The position numbers and the translations under genes were made by a program. From contig CAWFYH010000004.1 of NCBI GenBank assembly GCA_963819985.1, positions 323,246 to 387,245 of the forward strand: 64,000 bases of DNA, in the 5' to 3' direction. Of the stretch, positions 29,818 through 39,328 are shown in pieces (position 1 is the first letter of the stretch; every line of letters begins with the position of its first letter). Origin of the DNA: an uncultured Actinomycetota bacterium (GTDB lineage Bacteria > Actinomycetota > Actinomycetes > DATJPE01). The notes beneath the pieces were generated by a model. That model did not search any database, was not told where the DNA came from, and worked only from the letters and a program-made list of their open reading frames with translations.

Positions 29818-29999
29818 AACTGAACCCGTCGAGCAAGCCCGCCCTGACACGAGCAGACCCCTTCGGTGGGGGCCGTGGGTGGGTACGCGAGCGTGGCTGG
29901 GCCTGGCAGGAGGCCGCACGGGCCGGGGGTGGGGTGCCGGGTCGGCGAGCGCGCCACCCCCACCCGCCGCCGGGCGCAGTGCGAGAGGATGGCGCCCTC

Positions 30000-31250
30000 A
30001 TGAGTTCGCCTGCCTCCCCCGCGCCCGCCGGGCGGACCCGATGGGTCCAACGACTACCGATGTACGGGCTGCCGCGCGAGGTCGCCGTGCTGACAGCGGT
30101 GGCGTTCTTCGTGGCTCTCGGATTCGGGATCCTGGCGCCCGCAATCCCGGTCTTCGCCAAGGACTTCGGGGTCTCCAACTTTGCGGCCTCGTCAGTGATC
30201 AGCGTGTTTGCTCTGATGCGTTTCGTCTCGGCCTTCACCGGCGGGCGACTGGTTGACCGCCTCGGCGAACGGGTGGTGCTGGCTAGCGGCATCGGCATCG
30301 TGGCGGTGTCGAGCTTCTTCGCCGGACTCTCTCAGTCCTTTCCTCAGTTGCTGGTCCTGCGCGGGATCGGTGGGGTGGGATCGGCGATGTTCACGGTCTC
30401 TGCCTTGAGCTTGCTGTTACGCGTGGCAACGCCCGATCAGCGGGGCCAGGCCAGCGGTTCGTTCCAGTCCGGGTTCCTGCTCGGGGGGATCTTCGGTCCC
30501 GCGTTCGGTGGCCCACTCACCGAGTGGTCGATCCGAGCGCCGTTCTTCGTCTACGCCGGGACGCTCGCAGCCGCCGGCACGGTCGCAATGGTCTATCTGG
30601 CGCAGAGCTCACTGCGGGAACGAGACCAGAGCACCGGGGCCGACCACGCCCCGACGTCTTTGCGGGTCGCGATTCGCTCAGCGGCCTACCGCTCGGCCGT
30701 GGTCAACAACTTCGCCAACGGCTGGTCGATCTTCGGCGTACGAGCGGCACTCATCCCGATCTTCGTGGTCGAAGGCCTCAAGGTCGGGGCGTCGTGGACC
30801 GGTATCGGCCTGGTGGTCGGAGCGATCAGCCAGGTTCTTGTGCTGATCCCCGCCGGTCGGCTAGCAGACACCCGCGGACGCAAGCCGTACCTCCTCGCGG
30901 GTGCCGCGCTTGCGCTGGCTGCGGCCGTGGTGCTCGCGCTGTCAACATCCGTGGCGCCCTACCTCGTAGCCATGGCACTGTTTGGGGGTGCATCTGCGCT
31001 GATCGGTGTCTCGTCAGCAGCCGTTGTCGGGGACGTCATCGGCGGCCGCGGAGGGACCCCTGTCGCGGCCTACCAGATGGCGGCCGACGCTGGAACCTTC
31101 ACCGGGCCGCTCGTGGCCGGGGCGCTCTCGGACACCTACAGCTATGAGACCGCCTTCTTCGCGACGGCGGGGGTGTCGGTCATCGCGCTGCTCACGGTGA
31201 TCCGGATGCCAGAGACCAAACCCAGAACGGCGCCTTCTTCGCCGGTATAG
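30000..31250 (+). CDS. MFS transporter (12 TMS)
   Basis: 416 aa from ATG 30000 (MSSPASPAP..). The 5' part of the track ORF overlaps the HNH gene and lacks coding character. Confidence 0.8.
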   Translation: MSSPASPAPAGRTRWVQRLPMYGLPREVAVLTAVAFFVALGFGILAPAIPVFAKDFGVSNFAASSVISVFALMRFVSAFTGGRLVDRLGERVVLASGIGIVAVSSFFAGLSQSFPQLLVLRGIGGVGSAMFTVSALSLLLRVATPDQRGQASGSFQSGFLLGGIFGPAFGGPLTEWSIRAPFFVYAGTLAAAGTVAMVYLAQSSLRERDQSTGADHAPTSLRVAIRSAAYRSAVVNNFANGWSIFGVRAALIPIFVVEGLKVGASWTGIGLVVGAISQVLVLIPAGRLADTRGRKPYLLAGAALALAAAVVLALSTSVAPYLVAMALFGGASALIGVSSAAVVGDVIGGRGGTPVAAYQMAADAGTFTGPLVAGALSDTYSYETAFFATAGVSVIALLTVIRMPETKPRTAPSSPV

Positions 31251-31253
31251 CCC

Positions 31254-32603
31254 TCAGGTGTCGTAGCCGGGCGCAAGTCGTGTCCAGGGCCGCGCTGCCT
31301 GGATCTGCGCGGCCAGACCCATCAGCACCACCTCGCCACCAGGTGGGCACACGAGTTGCGCGCCCGTCGGTGTGCCAGCTCGGGGGTGGACGCCGGTCGG
31401 CACCGATATCGCAGGCCAGCCAAGCAGGTTCCACGGGGCCGCGAACGGGGCGAAGCGGATGTTGGCCCACATCGAGGCTGCCCAGGAACCGCGGCCCCAC
31501 TCCTGGGAGGAGATCGGTGGCTGTGCCAGAGTCGGAGTGAGCAGGATGTCGTAACGGCGAAACCAGGGCTTCGCCGTCTCGGTCCACGCGATCTTCTGCT
31601 TCTCCTTGGCCAGGTCGAGACGCCGCACAGCGTCGCCGAGCAGCGCGTGAACCCGGGTGCGCCGCTCCATGGCCTTCCGGTCGAGGCCCTCGGCGTCGTA
31701 AGACGCGCCACCGAACCACCGGGCGAGGATCGGCCCCGTGTTGAGGGGGTAGGGAAACGGGGCCTCTTCGACCGTGTGACCTGCAGCGGTCAGCACCTCG
31801 GCCGTCTGGCGGACTGCATCGGCCCAGCCCTCATCGACCGGAGCGACGATCATCGACTTGTTCAGCGCCAGCCCGATCCGCAGCGGACGGTCGGGTATGC
31901 GGATCTCGGCGTATCCCGCGCGGTCTGCGAGCACGGAGAACATCAGCGCCAAGTCGGCGACCGTCGTCGCGAGCGGACCGTTCTCGGACATGCCGTACCA
32001 GCTGTTCGTGCCGATGTCGGCCGGGATGAGATTCGGGCCTGGCTTGATGCCCACCAGGCCGCAGCATGCCGCTGGAATCCGGATCGATCCCAGCCCGTCG
32101 TTGCCGTGGGCGATCGGGACCAGCCCGCCGGAAACAGCGGCAGCAGCGCCACCAGATGATCCACCCGGCGTTCGCGTGACGTCCCACGGGTTCCTTGCCA
32201 CACCGAACGGCGAGTCCGAAGCTCCGAACAAGCAGAGCTCAGGGGTCCGCGTGATCCCCACGACCACTGCCCCGGCAGCCCGCAGGCGTTCTACCACTGG
32301 ATGATCCGCCGGCTGAGGACGGTCGCTGGTGGCCAGCGAGCCGTCGCGCATGGGTTCCCCGGCAACGGCGACGTTGTCCTTGATCGCAACTGGTACCCCG
32401 GCCAATGGGAGGGACGCGAGATCCTCTCGCGTCGCGAGCTGAGCGGCTTCGGCCAGCGCCTTCTCCGCCCGGACCAGCTGAAAGGCGCCGAGCTTCGGAT
32501 CGTGAGCGGCAATCCGACCCAGGGCCAACGCCACCGAATCGGTTGGCGAGAGCCCACCGGATCGAACGGCCTCGGCGGTCTCCACAGCGGTGCGAACGGT
32601 CAT
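31254..32603 (-). CDS. Amidase (amidase-signature family)
   Basis: Amidase signature with the GGSSGG motif and the Ser-cisSer-Lys catalytic-triad context. Start at internal ATG (MTVRTAVETAEAV..). Confidence 0.8.
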   Translation of the reverse strand: MTVRTAVETAEAVRSGGLSPTDSVALALGRIAAHDPKLGAFQLVRAEKALAEAAQLATREDLASLPLAGVPVAIKDNVAVAGEPMRDGSLATSDRPQPADHPVVERLRAAGAVVVGITRTPELCLFGASDSPFGVARNPWDVTRTPGGSSGGAAAAVSGGLVPIAHGNDGLGSIRIPAACCGLVGIKPGPNLIPADIGTNSWYGMSENGPLATTVADLALMFSVLADRAGYAEIRIPDRPLRIGLALNKSMIVAPVDEGWADAVRQTAEVLTAAGHTVEEAPFPYPLNTGPILARWFGGASYDAEGLDRKAMERRTRVHALLGDAVRRLDLAKEKQKIAWTETAKPWFRRYDILLTPTLAQPPISSQEWGRGSWAASMWANIRFAPFAAPWNLLGWPAISVPTGVHPRAGTPTGAQLVCPPGGEVVLMGLAAQIQAARPWTRLAPGYDT

Positions 32604-32655
32604 GCCTCGGACCCTAGTCTGCGTCCCGGTCGCACGGGTCTGTGCGGAGTCCAAC

Positions 32656-34014
32656 TCAACCAGAGAGCTCGGTGGCCAGGAGGCGGGCGGCCGATCCTGG
32701 GTGGTCCACGGACAGCAGTCCCGCTGCCGCCAGCACATAAGACCGGTCCACGACCACGCGGGCACTCTCCGGCAGCTTCCAGCCGCCGGCGTGGTCCTCG
32801 ATGGCGGGCTCGAGAACCGCGGTGAGCGCTGCCCCCCCGGCATGCCGCAGAACACCCCCCGAGCCGACGACCATGGTCACGGACCGCAGGTCCTTGCCGG
32901 CACGCCGGGGACCTTCGGGCGCCGGGGACTCGCTCGGTCGGGCATGCCGGCGCAGGGCGACCGTGGCGGCCAGCCGCGCCAAAGTCAGGTCGTCTCGACG
33001 CTCGGCGGCTCCGGCCGGCAACCATCCCGGATCGGCAGCCCGCGCGCCCGCGCCCACCTCGAGCGGGTCCCCCGCAGCGAGCAACCGTTCGGTGACGGCC
33101 GCCTCCACGACACCCGGGGCGTTCCATCGCACCCCGAGATCACCCTCGACGGTGCGTTCACGCCACATCACCTCGACGACCTCGCGGTGCAGTGCAGCCT
33201 CCTCAGGGTCCGGGGTCACAACCGAGTAGACATCGGTGGTGGCGCCACCGACATCCACGACAAGGACATCCCCGGCGCCCGGCGCCTCCCCCGCCCCGTC
33301 GGCCAACAGCTCGACGCCGGACAGAACCGCGTCCGGAGTGGCCGCCCGGACAAGTCCGCGGAACTCATCGCCCTTCGACAAACCCTTCCCACCGATCACG
33401 TGGCTGATGAACAGCTCACGGATGGCTGCGCGAGCCGGGGTGGGATCGAGAATGCCGATGCGTGGCAAGACGTTCGGCGTCGGCAGCGCCGTACGACCTC
33501 CGGCCTCGAGGATCGAGCAGACCTGTGCTGTGGCTGCGGCATTGCCGGCCACCACCACTGGCGCGATGACCCTGCTCGAGGCGAGCGCTTTGGCGTTGTG
33601 GAGCAGGACTTCAGCGTTGCCTCCGTCCGTGCCACCCACGAGCAGAACGACGTCCGGCCCGGCGGCACGCAAGGCGCTGATTCCGGGCTTGTCCAGAGGC
33701 CCCGACGACACCTGGACGACGCGCGCGCCAGCCGACAGACCCACTCGGGCGCCGGCCTCGGCTGTGACCAGTCGTTCGTAGCCGATGACCGCGAGCCGCA
33801 GCCCGCCTCCCGCGGAGGAGCAGACCCGCACCTCGTCTGCCGCGAGGCCGGCGCTCCGCTCGGCAGCCGTACGCACGGCCGCAAGCCCTTCCAAGACATC
33901 GGTGCTGATGGTCGTTGGATGCGTCGCCGAGGCAAGGAGCTGGCCGGACGGGACCTCGACGAAGGCGCCCTTGGTGAAAGTTGATCCGACGTCGACGCAC
34001 AGGATGCGCGTCAC
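32656..34014 (-). CDS. Glutamate mutase L (MutL)-like protein, ASKHA / actin-like ATPase fold
   Basis: N-terminal ILCVDVGSTFTKGA phosphate-binding loop and GxDxGG-type motifs. GTG start at 34014, 9 nt after the metB stop, indicating an operon. Confidence 0.55.
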   Translation of the reverse strand: MTRILCVDVGSTFTKGAFVEVPSGQLLASATHPTTISTDVLEGLAAVRTAAERSAGLAADEVRVCSSAGGGLRLAVIGYERLVTAEAGARVGLSAGARVVQVSSGPLDKPGISALRAAGPDVVLLVGGTDGGNAEVLLHNAKALASSRVIAPVVVAGNAAATAQVCSILEAGGRTALPTPNVLPRIGILDPTPARAAIRELFISHVIGGKGLSKGDEFRGLVRAATPDAVLSGVELLADGAGEAPGAGDVLVVDVGGATTDVYSVVTPDPEEAALHREVVEVMWRERTVEGDLGVRWNAPGVVEAAVTERLLAAGDPLEVGAGARAADPGWLPAGAAERRDDLTLARLAATVALRRHARPSESPAPEGPRRAGKDLRSVTMVVGSGGVLRHAGGAALTAVLEPAIEDHAGGWKLPESARVVVDRSYVLAAAGLLSVDHPGSAARLLATELSG

Positions 34015-34022
34015 GATCGAGG

Positions 34023-35183
34023 TCAGCGAAGTGCCTGGGTGAGGTCGGCCAACAGGTCGTCCACCGTTTCGAGGCCAACCGACAAGCGCACCAGGTCGGC
34101 AGGGACCTCGAGCGCGGAGCCTGCAACCGAGGCGTGCGTCATGCGACCCGGATGTTCGATCAAGGACTCGACGCCGCCGAGTGACTCCCCGAGAGTGAAT
34201 ACCTCTGCGCGAGCGCACACAGCGAGCGCCGCTTCCTCACCGCCGTGGACTCGGAAGGACACCATCCCGCCGAAGTCACGCATCTGCTTGACCGCGACGT
34301 CATGACCGTTGTGATCGGGCAGGCCGGGCCAGAAGACCTCGACCACCTTGGCGTGCGCGGTGAGGAGGTCGACCACCCGTGCGGCGTTGGCACAGTGCCG
34401 GTCCATCCGTACTCCCAGCGTCTTCGCGCCACGAAGCACCAGCCACGAGTCGAACGGCCCGGCCACGGCACCCATCGCGTTCTGGTGATAGGCCAGCTTC
34501 TCGCCCAACGCGTCGTCTGCAACGACGACGGCACCCCCGACGACGTCCGAGTGCCCGCCGAGATACTTCGTCGTCGAGTGCACAACTGCGTCCGCGCCCA
34601 GCGAGATGGGCTGCTGGAGGTACGGCGAGGCGAAGGTGTTGTCGACCACGAGCAGCGCTCCCGCTTCGTGCGCGACCGCCGCGATGGCTTCGATATCGGC
34701 GATGCCGAGCAGCGGGTTGGTTGGCGTCTCCACCCAGACGAGCCTGGTGCGACCCGGCTGCACAGCCGACCGCACAGCGTCGACGTCAGACAGCTTGGCC
34801 GGCGTGTGCGCGACGCCCCACCTCTCGTGTACCTGGGAGAACAGTCGATACGTTCCGCCGTACGCATCATCGGGGATCACCACATGGTCACCCGGCGACA
34901 GCACTGTGCGCAGCAAGGTGTCCTCGGCCGCGAGCCCGGAGGCGAAGGCGAGCCCACGAGCGCCGCCTTCCAACGCGGCGAGGCACTCCTCCAGCGCTGT
35001 CCGCGTGGGGTTGCCTGATCGGGCGTACTCGTAGCCGCCGCGGAGCCCACCGACGCCGTCCTGCTTGAACGTCGAGACCTGGTAGATCGGTGGGACGACG
35101 GCGCCGGTCGTCGGATCCGGATCCTGACCGGCGTGGATGGCGAGGGTCTCGAAGCCGTGACTGCCGTGATCGTCGTGAGTCAT
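34023..35183 (-). CDS. metB: Cystathionine gamma-synthase (PLP-dependent Cys/Met metabolism enzyme)
   Basis: 386 aa. PLP-lysine motif STTKYLGGHSDVVGG. Strong similarity to actinobacterial MetB. Confidence 0.85.
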   Translation of the reverse strand: MTHDDHGSHGFETLAIHAGQDPDPTTGAVVPPIYQVSTFKQDGVGGLRGGYEYARSGNPTRTALEECLAALEGGARGLAFASGLAAEDTLLRTVLSPGDHVVIPDDAYGGTYRLFSQVHERWGVAHTPAKLSDVDAVRSAVQPGRTRLVWVETPTNPLLGIADIEAIAAVAHEAGALLVVDNTFASPYLQQPISLGADAVVHSTTKYLGGHSDVVGGAVVVADDALGEKLAYHQNAMGAVAGPFDSWLVLRGAKTLGVRMDRHCANAARVVDLLTAHAKVVEVFWPGLPDHNGHDVAVKQMRDFGGMVSFRVHGGEEAALAVCARAEVFTLGESLGGVESLIEHPGRMTHASVAGSALEVPADLVRLSVGLETVDDLLADLTQALR

Positions 35184-35315
35184 GCCCCGAGGCTAGCCCG
35201 GCTATCTCCAGCCCGCCCCACCCCCGCTGAGGGTGGGTGTCATCGATTCGTCAGGTTTGCCCGGAACACCGGACCCAGCGCTCGTGTTGGACTGGATGAA
35301 CCCTGAGGAGGACCC

Positions 35316-35963
35316 GTGCTGTTCAGCTCCCGCAAGTCCCAACTGGTAACCGCTGACCAGTCCCTGCCCGGCCGATCAAGCCGGCCATTCACCGTGGCAG
35401 CGACCCACGCCGTGCTCGGGACGCCGATGTTCGGGCCATGGCCCGAGGGCTACGAAGTGGCCTACTTCGGTCTGGGCTGCTTCTGGGGGGCCGAGCGGAA
35501 GTTCTGGCAGGTCCCGGGGGTCTACTCGACGGCGGTCGGCTATCAGGGCGGGCACACCCCGCATGCGACGTACGACGAGGTCTGCACCGGCCGGACCGGT
35601 CACAGCGAAGCCGTGCAGGTCGTCTATGACCCGGCGGTTGTGTCCTACGACGAGCTGCTGAAGGTCTTCTGGACGATTCACGACCCCACCCAGGGCTTCC
35701 GCCAGGGCAATGACCTGGGGACGCAGTACCGATCGGCGGTCTACTGGACCACCGATGCTCAGCGGGAGACGTACGAGAGGTCCAAGGCCACCTACCAGGG
35801 CGCCCTCGACCGGGCCAACCTCGACCCCATCACGACCGAGGCGATGAGGGCGCCGGAGTTCTATTACGCCGAGGACGTTCACCAGCAGTACCTCCACAAG
35901 GTGCCGCACGGCTACGACTGCCATTCGAGCACCGGGGTCCCTTACCCCGAGTACGACAACTAG
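35316..35963 (+). CDS. msrA: Peptide-methionine (S)-S-oxide reductase MsrA
   Basis: GCFWG active-site motif. GTG start after a GAGGAGGA ribosome-binding site. Confidence 0.9.
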   Translation: MLFSSRKSQLVTADQSLPGRSSRPFTVAATHAVLGTPMFGPWPEGYEVAYFGLGCFWGAERKFWQVPGVYSTAVGYQGGHTPHATYDEVCTGRTGHSEAVQVVYDPAVVSYDELLKVFWTIHDPTQGFRQGNDLGTQYRSAVYWTTDAQRETYERSKATYQGALDRANLDPITTEAMRAPEFYYAEDVHQQYLHKVPHGYDCHSSTGVPYPEYDN

Positions 35964-36127
35964 CCGATCTGGCCGTGGGAACCCGTGCTTGCGCCCATGG
36001 CCGCCGCGCTCTCCCTCGCCGTGCTGTTCGGCGGCATCGAGCAACGCAGCACCTTGGCAGGACTGAGCGCTCTACCCGTAGCTCGATGAGTGCCGTTTAC
36101 GCTCGGATCCTGTGCCTACTCGTTGGG

Positions 36128-37009
36128 CTACAAATATTGGAGTAGCCACTCGTGGACTTCCGGCACTCGGCCGTTGATCAGGGTCACGTGCCCGTCTGTG
36201 CCCGTGAGGTGCGGTTCGACGCCCGGAATGTGCTCGGCGAGCCACTGGCCGTGTTGGAAGGGCACGAACCGATCCTGCGCGCCGTGCCAGACCTGAACCG
36301 GGACGGCGATGTTCGCGAGGTCGAAGCCCCACGGGGACAGTTGTGCGACTCCGTCGTCCCACCAGCCTTCGTCGCCCGGCTCTAGGCCCAGTCGGATGTC
36401 GGCGACGACGTCGGCTGCCACGTCAACGGTCATCCATGCCGCGTCAGCCGGGGACAGGAGCGAACCAAAGCCCTCGTGGAATCCCTCGGGTGTCATGGCG
36501 AGCATCTGGTCACGGTCCTGCCGCGACTGCTCCCGGGCGGCGCTCGGGTCGTCGAGGTAGCTGCGGATGCTCTCGACGTTGTCCTGACCCATCCCGGCGA
36601 AGTAGTCCAACCCCTCGGCGCCATAGGGCGCGGGCGCGGCCAACGACGCCGCGGCCGTGACGAGGTCGGGCAGCAGCGCGGCGCACGCGAGGGCGTATGG
36701 CCCACCGCCGGAGGCGCCCCAGATCGCGACTCGTTCCAGGCCGAACGCTTCTGCGATCGCGCGGACGTCCTGGCCGCAGTCGGCCACGCTGCGCCCTGGC
36801 TGGGTTGTCGAGCGGCCGTAGCCGGGCCGGTCGTATTTGATGACATGGATGCCGCGTGCCTCCGCGTCACGCAGCACGGGACCGAAGATGTGTCGCGATC
36901 CCGGCGTGCCGCCGTGCACCAGCACCGCGGGGCCAGACGGATCGCCTCCCGACTCCACACACAGAATCCGACCGTCCGGGGTCACGACATTGGTCGTCGA
37001 GGTTGTCAC
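36128..37009 (-). CDS. Alpha/beta hydrolase (proline-iminopeptidase-like)
   Basis: HGGPG oxyanion motif, GASGGG nucleophile elbow, C-terminal His. Start uncertain: GTG at 37009 or 37018. Confidence 0.7.
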   Translation of the reverse strand: MTTSTTNVVTPDGRILCVESGGDPSGPAVLVHGGTPGSRHIFGPVLRDAEARGIHVIKYDRPGYGRSTTQPGRSVADCGQDVRAIAEAFGLERVAIWGASGGGPYALACAALLPDLVTAAASLAAPAPYGAEGLDYFAGMGQDNVESIRSYLDDPSAAREQSRQDRDQMLAMTPEGFHEGFGSLLSPADAAWMTVDVAADVVADIRLGLEPGDEGWWDDGVAQLSPWGFDLANIAVPVQVWHGAQDRFVPFQHGQWLAEHIPGVEPHLTGTDGHVTLINGRVPEVHEWLLQYL

Positions 37010-37214
37010 AACGGGCACGGTACGCAGGAAACCCTGGGACCCGCAGTGACTTGCGCGCATGACCGTGAGCGGCATGTCCCACCCGGCCCACCCGGGCGAG
37101 GTCGCGGTCGACCCCATGTGATTGGTCCCGCGCAAGCTGCCCGGCCGCACCGCTCTATGCTCGCCGACAGCACCGTCGAACCACTCCCGACGCTTCAGGC
37201 CAGCCGACGCTTCT

Positions 37215-38570
37215 TCATGAGCACCTGGCGTCAGTCCGGGGATTGCCTTCCAGAAGAGTGTCGTACCTATTCACGAACGCCCGTGTAGCGGCGACGAGCC
37301 GGGTGTGGTCGTCGTCGACAAGCGGCAGGCTAAGGCTGATCAGGCCGCGTGCCGCAAGCCAGATGCCGTTCTCCAGTAAGTGGTGGAAGAGCAGAGCTTC
37401 GACGTCTCTATCGGCATGGGCCAAGTCCGCCCAGCACTTGATGGTGGCGCCGGTGGCGTGGAAGGACATCACCGACCCGCATCCAGTCACCTGCAAGGCG
37501 ACCTGCGCATCAACAAAGATGGCGTTTAGGTCGCCGCGAAGCTCCTCCCCCCGCTGCGTCAGACGGTCGGCGGCGTCGGCGGTGTAGAGCTCGCGAAGAC
37601 CCGTGGCGCCGGCCGCCATCGACAAGACGTTGTTGTTGAAGGTCCCCGCGTGCTGCAGGGCTCCGCCACGCGCGGGGTCATACCTGCTCATGATCTCGGT
37701 GCACCCACCGAACGCGCCGATGGACATGCCACCCCCGATGTACTTGCCGAGCGTCGTCATGTCGGGCGTGACGCCGCATAGTTGCTGCAGACCGCCGGCG
37801 GAAAGCCGCGAGGTCATGACCTCGTCGAAGATGAGGACGCTCTTGTCTTGGGTCGTTTCCTCACGCAACATCTGCAGGAAGTCGAGCTCCGCGGGAATGC
37901 ATCCTCCTGCGCCCATCATGGGCTCCACGAGCACCGCCGCGACCTCACCACGGTGCTGCCGCAGCAGAGCACGTACTCCGACGGTGTCGTTGTACTGACC
38001 GACCACGAACTCGTGCGGGACGTTCAGGGGCGCCGGACCCGCGAACATGAGCAGCCCTCCGTGGTAGGCGCCCTCGAACACGACGATCTTGCGGCGCTGG
38101 GTATGCACCACCGCGGTCGCCAGCGCCATCAGGTTCGCCTCGGTCCCCGAGTTTGTGAACCTGACGAGATCGTAGGACGGCACCCGCTCGCACAGTTGAG
38201 CAGCGAGCTCGGGCTCGTACGGGTTGTGGCCGCCGTAGCTGATCCCTCGCTCAAGGACCTGGTTGACGCGATCCAGGATGACTGGATTCGAGTGGCCGAA
38301 AATGCCAGCCGTGAACTCTCCCAGGAAGTCGACGTAGCGATCGCCGTCAAGCGAGTAGAGATACGCGCCTTCAGCGTGCTTGAAGGTCAGCGGGAACGGG
38401 TCGAAGTACAGGACGCTTCTCGTGTTGCCCCCAGGCAAGACGCGACGCGCCCGTTCGTGCTGTGCCCTGCTCAACGAGTTTCGTTCGACGTAGCGGAGGA
38501 CCGCCTCCTCAACCGCGCCGCCCAGCGTGTGTCCGGCGCCGCTTCCGGACGCCGTGGGGCTGGTCAGCAT
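37215..38570 (-). CDS. Class-III aminotransferase (glutamate-1-semialdehyde aminomutase-like)
   Basis: 451 aa from ATG 38570. Motifs for PLP attachment (FDEVMTSR, TLGKYIGGG). Confidence 0.8.
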   Translation of the reverse strand: MLTSPTASGSGAGHTLGGAVEEAVLRYVERNSLSRAQHERARRVLPGGNTRSVLYFDPFPLTFKHAEGAYLYSLDGDRYVDFLGEFTAGIFGHSNPVILDRVNQVLERGISYGGHNPYEPELAAQLCERVPSYDLVRFTNSGTEANLMALATAVVHTQRRKIVVFEGAYHGGLLMFAGPAPLNVPHEFVVGQYNDTVGVRALLRQHRGEVAAVLVEPMMGAGGCIPAELDFLQMLREETTQDKSVLIFDEVMTSRLSAGGLQQLCGVTPDMTTLGKYIGGGMSIGAFGGCTEIMSRYDPARGGALQHAGTFNNNVLSMAAGATGLRELYTADAADRLTQRGEELRGDLNAIFVDAQVALQVTGCGSVMSFHATGATIKCWADLAHADRDVEALLFHHLLENGIWLAARGLISLSLPLVDDDHTRLVAATRAFVNRYDTLLEGNPRTDARCS

Positions 38571-38718
38571 GGACAAAACAGATCCTGTTCCGCTGAGGGC
38601 GACTGGCCACCCTTTAGCTTTCGTCGCGCGCCCGTCCGTGACGCTCCAGGGCGACAGTAGGTTCGACCTGGTCATAGGACAAGCCCTCAGTTTGCTATCA
38701 GATCGATAGGGAGTTGCT

Positions 38719-38748
38719 CTGGAGATCTCGTACCTGGAGATGTCGTAT
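38719..38748. promoter_or_regulatory. Two tandem 15-bp direct repeats CTGGAGATsTCGTAy in a divergent promoter region
   Basis: ctggagatctcgtac followed immediately by ctggagatgtcgtat. They lie in a 257-bp, lower-GC intergenic region between the aminotransferase gene (minus strand) and the YciI gene (plus strand). Confidence 0.3.
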
Positions 38749-38827
38749 CTGCCGGATGCCGTTCGTTTGTAGGTTGAGGCGGACAACAGGTCCGCGCCGA
38801 AGATCACGTCGAAGACAAGGGGCAGCC

Positions 38828-39187
38828 ATGGCCGAATACATCATCTTCTTCAACCAGCAATGGGTTGGCGACCACACCGAGGAGTGGTTCCGCAGTCGTG
38901 GGCCGCTCGCCATGGGCGTGGTGAACGAGATCAAGGCCGCCGGCGAGCTGGTTTTCGCCGGAGGGCTGGACGAGGACACCGAGAACGCGTTCAGCGCCGA
39001 CGCGACCAGCGGCTCGCTGCTGATCACCGACGGACCGTTCGTCGAGACCAAGGAGTACCTTGGCGGGCTCACCATCGTCGACGTTGCCGACGAGGCGAGG
39101 GCCAAGCTGTGGGCTGGAAAGATCGCCGAAGCGTGCGGCTGGCCGCAGGAGGTACGCCAGTTCAAGAGCCCTCCGCTGTCCGAGTGA
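38828..39187 (+). CDS. YciI family protein
   Basis: 119 aa. YciI-like fold motifs (FAGGL...L.ITDGPF.E). Confidence 0.7.
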   Translation: MAEYIIFFNQQWVGDHTEEWFRSRGPLAMGVVNEIKAAGELVFAGGLDEDTENAFSADATSGSLLITDGPFVETKEYLGGLTIVDVADEARAKLWAGKIAEACGWPQEVRQFKSPPLSE

Positions 39188-39328
39188 TCAGGATGCGAGC
39201 CCTGGGGTTGGCCGTCTTGGTGTGAGGCAGGTCACCACTCGGGTTGCGCCATGGTCAGGCGTCCCCCACGTCTGATGGGTACGGGTGCGATCCGGCGCCC
39301 GACCCTCAGACGAAACGGGACTCAACAC

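Noticed and set aside
32590-33984. 464-aa plus ORF and 520-aa minus ORF N-terminal extension
   Set aside because: The plus ORF is antisense to the MutL-like gene. The first 68 codons of the minus ORF are not conserved, so its start was moved to GTG 34014.
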